This document shows, piece by piece, positions 41,501-55,810 of a stretch of 64,000 nt of DNA. Origin of the DNA: Eledone cirrhosa. Taxonomy: Eukaryota. The translations under genes were made by a program, and so were the position numbers. The stretch is from positions 36,084,001 to 36,148,000 of the forward strand of contig OZ024754.1 of the NCBI GenBank assembly GCA_964016885.1, written 5' to 3'. Numbering within the stretch: position 1 is the first letter of the stretch; every line of letters begins with the position of its first letter. The notes below the pieces were generated by a model. That model was not told the origin of the DNA. It saw nothing but the letters and a program-made list of their open reading frames with translations, and did no database searches.

Positions 41501-41660
41501 TGCGGCCCGCCTGATGACGAGCCATATCTCATGTGGCCCGCCTGATGATGAGCCATATCTCATGTGGCCCGCCTGATGATGAGCCATATCTCATGTGGCC
41601 CGCCTGATGACGAGCCATATCTCATGCGGCCCGCTTCTCGAAAAAGGTTGCCCATGCCTG
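38519..41660 (+). mobile_element. hAT-like MITE inflated to 3.1 kb by an internal satellite
   Basis: Same termini and body as 29931-30215. Confidence 0.9.
38742..41634. repeat. 31-bp satellite, 93 units, with a 43-mer (1,333-bp) higher-order duplication
   Basis: Unit TGCGGCCCGCCTGATGATGAGCCATATCTCA; (41625-38742)/31=93; the rare variant AGTCATATCTCATACGGTCC recurs at 38761 and 40094. Confidence 0.95.
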
Positions 41661-41661
41661 A

Positions 41662-44600
41662 AATAGATACACAAGCACAGAGACAGACAAACAGACAGAC
41701 CAGACCTACAGACAGATTGAAAGATACATAGACAGACATACTGACATGTAGACAGACACGGAGACTGATAGATAGACAGATAGACTGATAGACTGATAGA
41801 CAGATAGACAGATAGACTGATAGACTGATAGACAAGTGGACAAACAGACAGAGACAGATAGACAGATAGACAGATAGACTGATAGACTGATAGACAGATA
41901 GACAGATAGACAGATAGACAAGTGGACAAACAGACAGAGACAGATAGACAGATAGACAGATAGACTGATAGACAGATAGACAAGTGGACAAACAGACAGA
42001 GACAGATAGACAGATAGACAGATAGACAAGTGGACAAACAGACAGATAGACAGATAGACAGATAGACAGATAGACAGATAGACAGATAGACAGATAGACA
42101 AGTGGACAAACAGACAGAGACAGATAGACAGATAGACAGATAGACAGATAGACAGATAGACAAGTGGACAAACAGACAGAGACAGATAGACAGATAGACA
42201 GATAGACAGATAGACAGATAGACAAGTGGACAAACAGACAGAGACAGATAGACAGATAGACAGATAGACAGATAGACAGATAGACAGATAGACAGATAGA
42301 CAAGTGGACAAACAGACAGAGACAGATAGACAGATAGACAGATAGACAGATAGACAGATAGACAGATAGACAAGTGGACAAACAGACAGAGACAGATAGG
42401 CAGATAAACAGATAGACAGATAGACAAGTGGACAAACAGACAGAGACAGATAGACAGATAGACAGATAGACAGATAGACAGATAGACAGATAGACAAGTG
42501 GACAAACAGACAGAGACAGATAGACAGAGACAGATAGACAGATAGACAAGTGGACAAACAGACAGAGACAGATAGACAGATAGACAGATAGACAGATAGA
42601 CAGATAGACAGATAGACAAGTGGACAAACAGACAGAGACAGATAGACAGATAAACAGATAGACAGATAGACAAGTGGACAAACAGACAGAGACAGATAGA
42701 CAGATAGACAGATAGACAGATAGACAGATAGACAGATAGACAAGTGGACAAACAGACAGAGACAGATAGACAGATAGACAAGTGGACAAACAGACAGAGA
42801 CAGATAGACAGATAGACAAGTGGACAAACAGACAGAGACAGATAGACAGATAGACAGATAGACAGATAGACAGATAGACAGATAGACAAGTCGACAAACA
42901 GACAGAGACAGATAGACAGATAAACAGATAGACAGATAGACAGATAGACAGATAGACAGATAGACAAGTTGACAAACAGACAGAGACAGATAGACAGATA
43001 GACAAGTGGACAAACAGACAGAGACAGATAGACAGATAGATAGATAGACAGATAGGCAGATAGACAGATAGACAGATAGACAAACAGACAGAGACAGATA
43101 GACAGATAGACAGATAGACAGATAGACAGATAGACAGATATACAAGTGGACAAACAGACAGAGACAGATAGACAGATAGACAGATAGACAGATAGACAAG
43201 TGGACAAACAGACAGAGACAGATAGACAGATAGACAGATAGACAAGTGGACAAACAGACAGAGACAGATAGAGAGATAGACAGATAGACAGATAGACAGA
43301 TAGACAGATAAACAAGTGGACAAACAGACAGAGACAGATAGACAGATAGACAGATAGACAGATAGACAGATAGACAAGTGGACAAACAGACAGAGACAGA
43401 TAGACAGATAGACAGATAGACAGATAGACAGATAGACAGATATACAAGTGGACAAACAGACAGAGACAGATAGACAGATAGACAGATAGACAGATAGACA
43501 AGTGGACAAACAGACAGAGACAGATAGACAGATAGACAGATAGACAAGTGGACAAACAGACAGAGACAGATAGACAGATAGACAGATAGACAGATAGACA
43601 GATAGACAGATAAACAAGTGGACAAACAGACAGAGACAGATAGACAGATAGACAGATAGACAGATAGACAGATAGACAGGTAGACAGATAGACAAGTGGA
43701 CAAACAGACAGAGACAGATAGACAGATAGACAGATAGACAGATAGACAGGTAGACAGATAGACAAATGGACAAACAGACAGAGACAGATAGACAGATAGA
43801 CAGATAGACAGATAGACAGATAGACAAGTGGACAAACAGACAGAGACAGATAGACAGATAGACAGATAGACAGATAGACAAGTGGACAAACAGACAGAGA
43901 TAGATAGACAGATAGACAGATAGACAGATAGACAAGTGGACAAACAGACAGAGACAGATAGACAGATAGAGAGATAGACAGATAGACAGATAGACAGATA
44001 GACAGGTAGACAGATAGACAAGTGGACAAACAGACAGAGACAGATAGACAGATAGACAGATAGACAAGTGGACAAACAGACAGAGACAGATAGACAGATA
44101 GACAGATAGACAGATAGACAGATAGACAGATAGACAGATAGACAAGTGGACAAACAGACAGAGACAGATAGACAGATAGACAGATAGACAGATAGACAAG
44201 TGGACAAACAGACAGAGACAGATAGACAGATAGACAGATAGACAGATAGACAAGTGGACAAACAGACAGAGACAGATAGACAGATAGACAGATAGACAAG
44301 TGGACAAACAGACAGAGACAGATAGACAGATAGACAGATAGACAGATAGACAGATAGACAGATAGACAGATAGACAGATAGACAGATAGACAAGTGGACA
44401 AACAGACAGAGACAGATAGACAGATAGACAGATAGACAGATAGACAGATAGACAGATAGACAGATAGACAGATAGACAAGTGGACAAACAGACAGAGACA
44501 GATAGACAGATAGACAGATAGACAGATAGACAAGTGGACAAACAGACAGAGACAGATAGATAGATAGACAGATAGACAGATAGACAGATAGACAGATAGA

Positions 44601-47600
44601 CAGATAGACAAGTGGACAAACAGACAGAGACAGATAGACAGATAGACAGATAGACAGATAGACAAGTGGACAAACAGACAGAGACAGATAGACAGATAGA
44701 CAGATAGACAATAAGACAAGTGGACAAACAGACAGAGACAGATAGACAGATAGACAGATAGACAGATAGACAGATAGACAGATAGACAGATAGACAGATA
44801 GACAAGTGGACAAACAGACAGAGACAGATAGACAGATAGACAGATAGACAGATAGACAAGTGGACAAACAAACAGAGACAGATAGACAGATAGACAAGTG
44901 GACAAACAGACAGAGACAGATAGACAGATAGACAGATAGACAGATAGACAGATAGACAAGTGGACAAACAGACAGAGACAGATAGACAGATAGACAGATA
45001 GACAGATAGACAAGTGGACAAACAGACAGAGACAGATAGACAGATAGACAGATAGACAGATAGACAGATAGACAAGTGGACAAACAGACAGAGACAGATA
45101 GACAGATAGACAGATAGACAGATAGACAGATAGACAGATAGACAAGTGGACAAACAGACAGAGACAGATAGACAGATAGACAGATAGACAGATAGACAGA
45201 TAGACAAGTGGACAAACAGACAGAGACAGATAGACAGATAGACAGATAGACAGATAGACAGATAGACAGATAGACAGATAGACAGATAGACAGATAGACA
45301 AGTGGACAAACAGACAGATAGACAGATAGACAGATAGACAGATAGACAGATAGACAGATAGACAAGTGGACAAACAGACAGAGACAGATAGGCAGATAAA
45401 CAGATAGACAGATAGACAAGTGGACAAACAGACAGAGACAGATAGACAGATAGACAGATAGACAGATAGACAGATAGACAGATAGACAGATAGACAGATA
45501 GACAGATAGACAAGTGGACAAACAGACAGAGACAGATAGACAGATAGACAGATAAACAGATAGACAGATAGACAGATAGACAGATAGACAAGTGGACAAA
45601 CAGACAGAGACAGATAGACAGATAGACAGATAGACAGATAGACAGATAGACAAGTGGACAAACAGACAGAGACAGATAGACAGATAAACAGATAGACAGA
45701 TAGACAAGTGGACAAACAGACAGAGACAGATAGACAGATAGACAGATAGACAGATAGACAGATAGACAGATAGACAAGTGGACAAACAGACAGAGACAGA
45801 TAGACAGATAGACAAGTGGACAAACAGACAGAGACAGATAGACAGATAGACAAGTGGACAAACAGACAGAGACAGATAGACAGATAGACATATAGACAGA
45901 TAGACAGATAGACAGATAGACAAGTGGACAAACAGACAGAGACAGATAGACAGATAAACAGATAGACAGATAGACAGATAGACAGATAGACAGATAGACA
46001 AGTGTACAAACAGACAGAGACAGATAGACAGATAGACAAGTGGACAAACAGACAGAGACAGATAGACAGATAGATAGATAGACAGATAGGCAGATAGACA
46101 GATAGACAGATAGACAAACAGACAGAGACAGATAGACAGATAGACAGATAGACAGATAGACAGATAGACAGATATACAAGTGGACAAACAGACAGAGACA
46201 GATAGACAGATAGACAGATAGACAAGTGGACAAACAGACAGAGACAGATAGACAGATAGACAGATAGACAAGTGGACAAACAGACAGAGACAGATAGAGA
46301 GATAGACAGATAGACAGATAGACAGATAGACAGATAAACAAGTGGACAAACAGATAGAGACAGATAGACAGATAGACAGATAGACAGATAGACAGATAGA
46401 CAAGTGGACAAACAGACAGAGACAGATAGACAGATAGACAGATAGACAGATAGACAGATAGACAAGTGGACAAACAGACAGAGACAGATAGACAGATAGA
46501 GAGATAGACAGATAGACAGATAGACAGATAGACAGGTAGACAGATAGACAAGTGGACAAACAGACAGAGACAGATAGACAGATAGACAGATAGACAAGTG
46601 GACAAACAGACAGAGACAGATAGACAGATAGACAGATAGACAGATAGACAGATAGACAGATAGACAGATAGACAAGTGGACAAACAGACAGAGACAGATA
46701 GACAGATAGACAGATAGACAGATAGACAAGTGGACAAACAGACAGAGACAGATAGACAGATAGACAGATAGACAGATAGACAAGTGGACAAACAGACAGA
46801 GACAGATAGACAGATAGACAGATAGACAAGTGGACAAACAGACAGAGACAGATAGACAGATAGACAGATAGACAGATAGACAGATAGACAGATAGACAGA
46901 TAGACAGATAGACAGATAGACAAGTGGACAAACAGACAGAGACAGATAGACAGATAGACAGATAGACAGATAGACAGATAGACAGATAGACAGATAGACA
47001 GATAGACAAGTGGACAAACAGACAGAGACAGATAGACAGATAGACAGATAGACAGATAGACAAGTGGACAAACAGACAGAGACAGATAGATAGATAGACA
47101 GATAGACAGATAGACAGATAGACAGATAGACAGATAGACAAGTGGACAAACAGACAGAGACAGATAGACAGATAGACAGATAGACAGATAGACAAGTGGA
47201 CAAACAGACAGAGACAGATAGACAGATAGACAGATAGACAATAAGACAAGTGGACAAACAGACAGAGACAGATAGACAGATAGACAGATAGACAGATAGA
47301 CAGATAGACAGATAGACAGATAGACAGATAGACAAGTGGACAAACAGACAGAGACAGATAGACAGATAGACAGATAGACAGATAGACAAGTGGACAAACA
47401 AACAGAGACAGATAGACAGATAGACAAGTGGACAAACAGACAGAGACAGATAGACAGATAGACAGATAGACAGATAGACAGATAGACAAGTGGACAAACA
47501 GACAGAGACAGATAGACAGATAGACAGATAGACAGATAGACAAGTGGACAAACAGACAGAGACAGATAGACAGATAGACAGATAGACAGATAGACAGATA

Positions 47601-50600
47601 GACAAGTGGACAAACAGACAGAGACAGATAGACAGATAGACAGATAGACAGATAGACAGATAGACAGATAGACAAGTGGACAAACAGACAGAGACAGATA
47701 GACAGATAGACAGATAGACAGATAGACAGATAGACAAGTGGACAAACAGACAGAGACAGATAGACAGATAGACAGATAGACAGATAGACAGATAGACAGA
47801 TAGACAGATAGACAGATAGACAGATAGACAAGTGGACAAACAGACAGATAGACAGATAGACAGATAGACAGATAGACAGATAGACAGATAGACAAGTGGA
47901 CAAACAGACAGAGACAGATAGGCAGATAAACAGATAGACAGATAGACAAGTGGACAAACAGACAGAGACAGATAGACAGATAGACAGATAGACAGATAGA
48001 CAGATAGACAGATAGACAGATAGACAGATAGACAGATAGACAAGTGGACAAACAGACAGAGACAGATAGACAGATAGACAGATAAACAGATAGACAGATA
48101 GACAGATAGACAGATAGACAAGTGGACAAACAGACAGAGACAGATAGACAGATAGACAGATAGACAGATAGACAGATAGACAAGTGGACAAACAGACAGA
48201 GACAGATAGACAGATAAACAGATAGACAGATAGACAAGTGGACAAACAGACAGAGACAGATAGACAGATAGACAGATAGACAGATAGACAGATAGACAGA
48301 TAGACAAGTGGACAAACAGACAGAGACAGATAGACAGATAGACAAGTGGACAAACAGACAGAGACAGATAGACAGATAGACAAGTGGACAAACAGACAGA
48401 GACAGATAGACAGATAGACATATAGACAGATAGACAGATAGACAGATAGACAAGTGGACAAACAGACAGAGACAGATAGACAGATAAACAGATAGACAGA
48501 TAGACAGATAGACAGATAGACAGATAGACAAGTGTACAAACAGACAGAGACAGATAGACAGATAGACAAGTGGACAAACAGACAGAGACAGATAGACAGA
48601 TAGATAGATAGACAGATAGGCAGATAGACAGATAGACAGATAGACAAACAGACAGAGACAGATAGACAGATAGACAGATAGACAGATAGACAGATAGACA
48701 GATATACAAGTGGACAAACAGACAGAGACAGATAGACAGATAGACAGATAGACAAGTGGACAAACAGACAGAGACAGATAGACAGATAGACAGATAGACA
48801 AGTGGACAAACAGACAGAGACAGATAGAGAGATAGACAGATAGACAGATAGACAGATAGACAGATAAACAAGTGGACAAACAGATAGAGACAGATAGACA
48901 GATAGACAGATAGACAGATAGACAGATAGACAAGTGGACAAACAGACAGAGACAGATAGACAGATAGACAGATAGACAGATAGACAGATATACAAGTGGA
49001 CAAACAGACAGAGACAGATAGACAGATAGACAGATAGACAGATAGACAAGTGGACAAACAGACAGAGACAGATAGACAGATAGACAGATAGACAAGTGGA
49101 CAAACAGACAGAGACAGATAGACAGATAGACAGATAGACAGATAGACAGATAAACAAGTGGACAAACAGACAGAGACAGATAGACAGATAGACAGATAGA
49201 CAGATAGACAGATAGACAGGTAGACAGATAGACAAGTGGACAAACAGACAGAGACAGATAGACAGATAGACAGATAGACAGATAGACAGGTAGACAGATA
49301 GACAAATGGACAAACAGACAGAGACAGATAGACAGATAGACAGATAGACAGATAGACAGATAGACAAGTGGACAAACAGACAGAGACAGATAGACAGATA
49401 GACAGATAGACAGATAGACAAGTGGACAAACAGACAGAGATAGATAGACAGATAGACAGATAGACAGATAGACAAGTGGACAAACAGACAGAGACAGATA
49501 GACAGATAGACAGATAGACAGATAGACAGATAGACAGATAGACAGGTAGACAGATAGACAAGTGGACAACAGACAGAGACAGATAGACAGATAGACAGAT
49601 AGACAAGTGGACAAACAGACAGAGACAGATAGACAGATAGACAGATAGACAGATAGACAGATAGACAGATAGACAGATAGACAAGTGGACAAACAGACAG
49701 AGACAGATAGACAGATAGACAGATAGACAGATAGACAAGTGGACAAACAGACAGAGACAGATAGACAGATAGACAGATAGACAGATAGACAAGTGGACAA
49801 ACAGACAGAGACAGATAGACAGATAGACAGATAGACAAGTGGACAAACAGACAGAGACAGATAGACAGATAGACAGATAGACAGATAGACAGATAGACAG
49901 ATAGACAGATAGACAAGTGGACAAACAGACAGAGACAGATAGACAGATAGACAGATAGACAGATAGACAGATAGACAGATAGACAAGTGGACAAACAGAC
50001 AGAGACAGATAGACAGATAGACAGATAGACAGATAGACAGATAGACAAGTGGACAAACAGACAGAGACAGATAGACAGATAGACAGATAGACAGATAGAC
50101 AAGTGGACAAACAGACAGAGACAGATAGACAGATAGACAGATAGACAGATAGACAGATAGACAAGTGGACAAACAGACAGAGACAGATAGACAGATAGAC
50201 AGATAGACAGATAGACAGATAGACAGATAGACAAACAGACAGAGACAGATAGACAGATAGACAGATAGACAGATAGACAGATAGACAGATAGACAAGTGG
50301 ACAAACAGACAGAGATAGATAGACAGATAGACAGATAGACAGATAGACAGATAGACAGATAGACAAGTGGACAAACAGACAGAGACAGATAGACAGATAG
50401 ACAGATAGACAGATAGACAAGTGGACAAACAGACAGAGACAGATAGACAGATAGACAGATAGACAGATAGACAAGTGGACAAACAGACAGAGACAGATAG
50501 ACAGATAGACAGATAGACAAGTGGACAAACAGACAGAGACAGATAGACAGATAGACAGATAGACAGATAGACAGATAGACAGATAGACAGATAGACAAGT

Positions 50601-51720
50601 GGACAAACAGACAGAGACAGATAGACAGATAGACAGATAGACAGATAGACAGATAGACAGATAGACAAGTGGACAAACAGACAGAGACAGATAGACAGAT
50701 AGACAGATAGACAGATAGACAGATAGACAAGTGGACAAACAGACAGAGACAGATAGACAGATAGACAGATAGACAGATAGACAAGTGGACAAACAGACAG
50801 AGACAGATAGACAGATAGACAGATAGACAGATAGACAGATAGACAAGTGGACAAACAGACAGAGACAGATAGACAGATAGACAGATAGACAGATAGACAG
50901 ATAGACAGATAGACAAACAGACAGAGACAGATAGACAGATAGACAGATAGACAGATAGACAGATAGACAGATAGACAAGTGGACAAACAGACAGAGATAG
51001 ATAGACAGATAGACAGATAGACAGATAGACAGATAGACAGATAGACAAGTGGACAAACAGACAGAGACAGATAGACAGATAGACAGATAAACAGATAGAC
51101 AGATAGACAGATAGACAGATAGACAGATAGACAAGTGGACAAACAGACAGAGACAGATAGACAGATAGACAGATAGACAGATAGACAGATAGACAGATAG
51201 ACAGATAGACAGATAGACAGATAGACAAGTGGACAAACAGACAGAGACAGATAGACAGATAGACAGATAAACAGATAGACAGATAGACAGATAGACAGAT
51301 AGACAGATAGACAAGTGGACAAACAGACAGAGACAGATAGACAGATAGACAGATAGACAGATAGACAAGTGGACAAACAGACAGAGACAGATAGACAGAT
51401 AGACAGATAAACAGATAGACAGATAGACAGATAGACAGATAGACAGATAGACAAGTGGACAAACAGACAGAGACAGATAGACAGATAAACAGATAGACAG
51501 ATAGACAGATAGACAGATAGACAGATAGACAAGTGGACAAACAGACAGAGACAGATAGACAGATAGACAGATAGACAGATAGACAAGTGGACAAACAGAC
51601 AGAGAGACCGATAGACAGATAGACAGATAGACAGATAGACAGATAGACAGATAGACAAGTGGACAAACAGACAGAGACAGATAGACATACAAACACTTTG
51701 GTAGATAGATAGACAGATAG
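41662..51720. repeat. 10-kb compound satellite: (GATAGACA)n runs punctuated by AGTGGACAAACAGACAGAGACA
   Basis: Read directly; rare variants ATAAG (44711, 47241) and AGTGTAC (46001, 48531) show a 2,530-bp duplication. Confidence 0.97.
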
Positions 51721-51769
51721 ACTATAGGCACACATACAGATTGACTGAGAGACAGGTCTGTCTTCAGCC

Positions 51770-52175
51770 AGAAGGCTCATCAGGCCAGTGCTTAGCCCAG
51801 TTTCTGTGGCGTGAAGAGACTTTGAGTACAAGACTTCCCCCTGGACAGGACGCCAGTCCATCACAGTGTTAAACCCCCAGTTATTGCTGGTACTCATTTT
51901 CACCTGAGTATACTGGAGCAATGTGAAATGAAGTATTGAAGTTCAAGAACACAAAACACAATGCAGTCCAGGAATCGAAGTCACGACCTGCTTGTGAAAT
52001 TAACGTGTAAGTGGCTGAGCATTCCACAGACACGTACAGCGTTAACGTAGTTCTCAGGGAGATTCAGGGTGACACAAATTTTAGTTCAAAAATACAACAC
52101 TCAACGCAGTCCAGGAATCGAACCCATGGCATTATGGCTGTGAGTCCAACACCCTTACAATTAAGCTACGCCCCT
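51770..52175 (-). mobile_element. Nested minus-strand tRNA-SINE fragments (different family)
   Basis: GGACGCCAGTCCATCACAG...CTGGTACTCATTTT...CAGGAATCGAA (reverse B-box, twice). Confidence 0.7.
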
Positions 52176-52211
52176 CCCCCTCTATGCTGTACTTATTATT
52201 CACGAGTAGGA

Positions 52212-53200
52212 GGGCGGTGGATATGCAGTATCAGTAGAGGGTCGGACGCCATGCTTTGCAGCATGGAGTTACGGCCCTTTATGATCTGAGTTCAAATCCC
52301 GCTGAGATTAACTTTGCCTTTCATCCTTGCGGGGTCGATAAAATAAAGTACCAGTAATGCACTGGGGTCGATTTCATAGACTTCCCTTCCCCTAGAATTG
52401 CTGGCCTTGTGCCTAAATTAGAAACCATTATTAGCACAATCGGGCGGGGAATTGGCAGTATCGGTAGAGAGTCGGACGCCATGCTTTCTAGCATAGTTAC
52501 GTCCCTTTACAGTCTGAGTTCAAATCCCGTCGAGGTTGACTTTGCCTTTCATCCTTGCGGGGTCGATAAAATAAAGTACCAGTAATGTACTGGGTAATTG
52601 CTGGCCTTGTGCCTAAAGTAGAAACAATTATTAGCACAATCGGTGGGTGAATGTGGCGAGAATGGCCCGTGTGAGTGGGCCTGCTCTGATTATGCGCCTG
52701 TAGGCTGGTGAATTTGAGGAGGAGAAGGGTTGCCCTTCCCAGGTGCCTTCGAAGAGTCGGGTGGTTCAGAATTGGTGGAGTATCTGAATCAACCTGAGTG
52801 GTTACCCCCCCCCCCCTATTGGGGAATATTCATTGTTGTATTTTTCTTAATTATTGTTATTGTTTTCCTATTTTTTACTCGATTTTTGTGTAAAACCCCG
52901 ACTGTCCCCGTCTATTGCATTGTCCCCTATATGTCGGCCCTTGTGGGCAAAAAAATCAAACCATTATTAACATAGGGCGGTGGATTGGCAGTATTCGTAG
53001 AGGGTCGGACGCCATGCTTTCCAACATAGAGTTACGTCCCTTTATGGTCTGAGTTCAAATCCCGCCGAGGTTAACTTTGCCTTTCCTCCTTACGGGGTCG
53101 ATAAAATAAAGTACCAGTAATACATTGGGGTCGATTTAATCGACTTTCTCTCAAATTGTTGGCCTTGTGTTTAAATCAGCAACCATTATTAGCACAATCG
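52212..53200 (+). mobile_element. Stack: SINE - SINE - Tx1-like LINE 3' end (52641-52968) - SINE
   Basis: LINE piece reads RWVNVARMARVSGPALIMRL*; ATTATTAGCACAATCG at 52427, 52627 and 53185. Confidence 0.9.
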
Positions 53201-53474
53201 ATTCTAAAGGCACTGTATTCGGTGACGTGACTACACTAATAAAAACAAATCTATATTGAAGCACCAGTGTGATGTGTCTTACCACCCCATCCCACCCCCA
53301 CAACACCCCACCCTCACAACACCCCCACCCCCAACAACACCCCACCCTCACAACACCCCACCCCACAACACTATCAGATATCAAGCATATTATAAACATG
53401 GTAGAGAGGATAATAGGTTGGGAGATGGAAGAATATTGAAGTGGAGAGGTGTGTTGCTGTATGTTCAGAAAGTG

Positions 53475-54232
53475 GGTGTGTATGTGTGCCAGTGTATGTG
53501 TGTGTGGGTGTGTGTGGGGGTGTGTGGGGGTGTGTATATATGTGTGTGTTGCTGTATGTGTGTGTGTGTGTGTGTTTGTGCGAGTGTATATGTGTGTGTG
53601 TGTCTGTATGTGTATGTATCTGTGCGTGTAAGTGGGTGTGTGCGAGTGTTTATGAGCGTGTGTGTGTCTCTTTGAATGTGTATGTCTGGGTGTGTGTGTG
53701 TGTGTGCGAGTGTATATGTGTGTGTGTGTCTGTATGTGTATGTATGTGTGTGTATGTGTGTGCGCGCGAGTGTACATGTGTGTGTGTCTCTTTGTATGTG
53801 TATGTCTGGGTGTGTGTGTGTGTGTGTGTGCGAGTGTATATGTGTATGTGTGTCTGTATGTGTATGTATGTGTGCGTGTAAGTGTGTGTGTGTGCGAGTG
53901 TTTATGAGTGTGTGTGTCTCTTTGTATGTGTATGTCTGGGTGTGTGTGTGTGCGAGTGTATATGTGTGTGTGTGTCTGTATGTGTATGTATGTGTGTGTG
54001 TATGTGTGTGTGCGCGAGTGTACATGTGTGTGTGTCTCTTTGTATGTGTATGTCTGGGTGTGTGAGTGTATGTGTGCCTGTGAATATATATATATGTGTG
54101 TGTGTGTGTTTCTGTATGTGTATGCCTGTGTGTGTGTGTGTGTGTGTATGTGCGCGTATATATGTGTGTCTGTATGTGTATGTCTGTGTGTATATGTATA
54201 GGTGTGCTTGAATCTTTGTATGCATATGTGTG
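53475..54232. repeat. (TG)n-based compound minisatellite
   Basis: Recurring GTCTCTTTGTATGTGTATGTCTGGG and GCGAGTGTA landmarks. Confidence 0.9.
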
Positions 54233-54277
54233 GCCGCTCCAGAGATAAATATCTACGTAGTAGTAGTAGTACTTGTG

Positions 54278-54319
<42 letters not shown>

Positions 54320-54591
54320 AAAGTGTTGGTGGTGCTGGTGACCATGTTGGGACGGGCTGTTGCTATCAGTGCTCAATGCAGTGTTATGAGTTGTCCATAT
54401 AGTTAGTGTAGTTAGTTCAGATATACTTATTCATCGTCTCATTCGCAGCGACTCGTTCATTGCTATGATAACAAAGGCCAGGTCGTGGTTTGATATAAAT
54501 TGTAGAGTTCTGCACAAGCTGTTGGTCTGTTCAGATAGTTACTTCATGTTTCAGTGTTCAAATACCACCAGACTTCAGTCTCTTACTCATC

Positions 54592-54654
<63 letters not shown>

Positions 54655-54656
<2 letters not shown>

Positions 54657-54853
54657 CGAAGGAAATGTGGTAAGGAACCAGGTGGACCATAGCGCACCAA
54701 AGTACTCAATACTTAGGGTAGTAGAGTGGGTAATAGGAACGAGTAGGACCCCGACGGCTGAGCTCAAGCCGTTTCAACGGCTAATTCTGGACTCAGAGTC
54801 AAGAATTAGCTGTCGAAACGGCTTGAGCTCAGCCGTTGGGGTCCTATTCGTTG

Positions 54854-54855
<2 letters not shown>
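54655..54855 (-). mobile_element. (TA)n-inserted fold-back element, family A
   Basis: Near-identical to 687-880; turn at GGACTC-A-GAGTC. Confidence 0.75.
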
Positions 54856-54899
<44 letters not shown>

Positions 54900-54974
54900 C
54901 TGTTTCTACTTTAGGCACAAGGCCAGCAATTACCCAGTGCATTACTGGTACTTTATTTTATATATATATATATA

Positions 54975-55526
54975 ACGGCGATGAATTAGTTTTGCGAGGT
55001 TTTTGATATGAAATCGTGTGTCGAAACAAATATTATTATACTTGGGGAGGGTCATATTTGTGTAATATTGTCAGAATTAATAACAGAACACACTCACTGT
55101 TTGGTTGGTTTTCGCTTTTCGCTTCTGTGTCTTTTATATCGGTAATCTAATTTATTCGGTCCTCAATGTTGCCATTGACTTGCGCAAAGAAGACAAAATA
55201 AAATAAACAAATAAATAAATATATAAACAGACTAAATAAAGATGGCGTAGAAAATACAATGTAACGGGAGGAAACAATAGCACAACTGACGATGTTGCAG
55301 ATGTGCAACGAAAGAACTTTGATAAACTATATATATGTGTTTGTGTCTATATTGTATCTATATTATTTTTTACCCTTGGTCAGTCAATGGCAACATTGAG
55401 GACCGAATAAATTAGATTACCGATATAAAAGACACAGAAGCGAAAAGCAAAAACCAACCAAACAGTGAGTGTGTTCTGTTATTAATTCTGGCAATATTAC
55501 ACAAATATGACTCTCCCCAAGTATAA

Positions 55527-55530
<4 letters not shown>
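54975..55530 (+). mobile_element. Family D element: ~145-bp inverted arms around a core with a degenerate hammerhead
   Basis: Arms ~55036-55180/55382-55526; CTGACGA...GAAA at ~55286; flanked by (TA)n. Confidence 0.75.
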
Positions 55531-55565
<35 letters not shown>

Positions 55566-55752
55566 GATAAATCTAAAGACAGCATATATATGTGTAGGTA
55601 TGTATATTCCCTCTGATAGTTTGTATAAATAGTGTACATAGATCTATAGAATATGCATACCAACTCTAACATATATATCCTAGAAACGATCGTAAAATGA
55701 TGAATTTTTTTAATATAAGGAACTGGTTCTTTGTTTATTCATTATTTTATTA

Positions 55753-55809
<57 letters not shown>

Positions 55810-55810
<1 letters not shown>

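Noticed and set aside
38742-41634. Tandem hammerhead satellite (each unit has CTGATGA plus a TGAG/CTCA hairpin)
   Set aside because: No GAAA, stem III or UH site follows; the unit derives from a hAT MITE subterminus.
41662-51720. CRISPR-like array (constant 22-mer with variable intervals)
   Set aside because: The intervals are copies of one octamer, not unique spacers; there are no cas genes and the context is eukaryotic.
41560-51921. Three ~3,400-aa minus-strand ORFs
   Set aside because: All three frames are open only because the satellite units lack stop triplets on that strand; the translation is periodic (LSICLSVY) with no domain.
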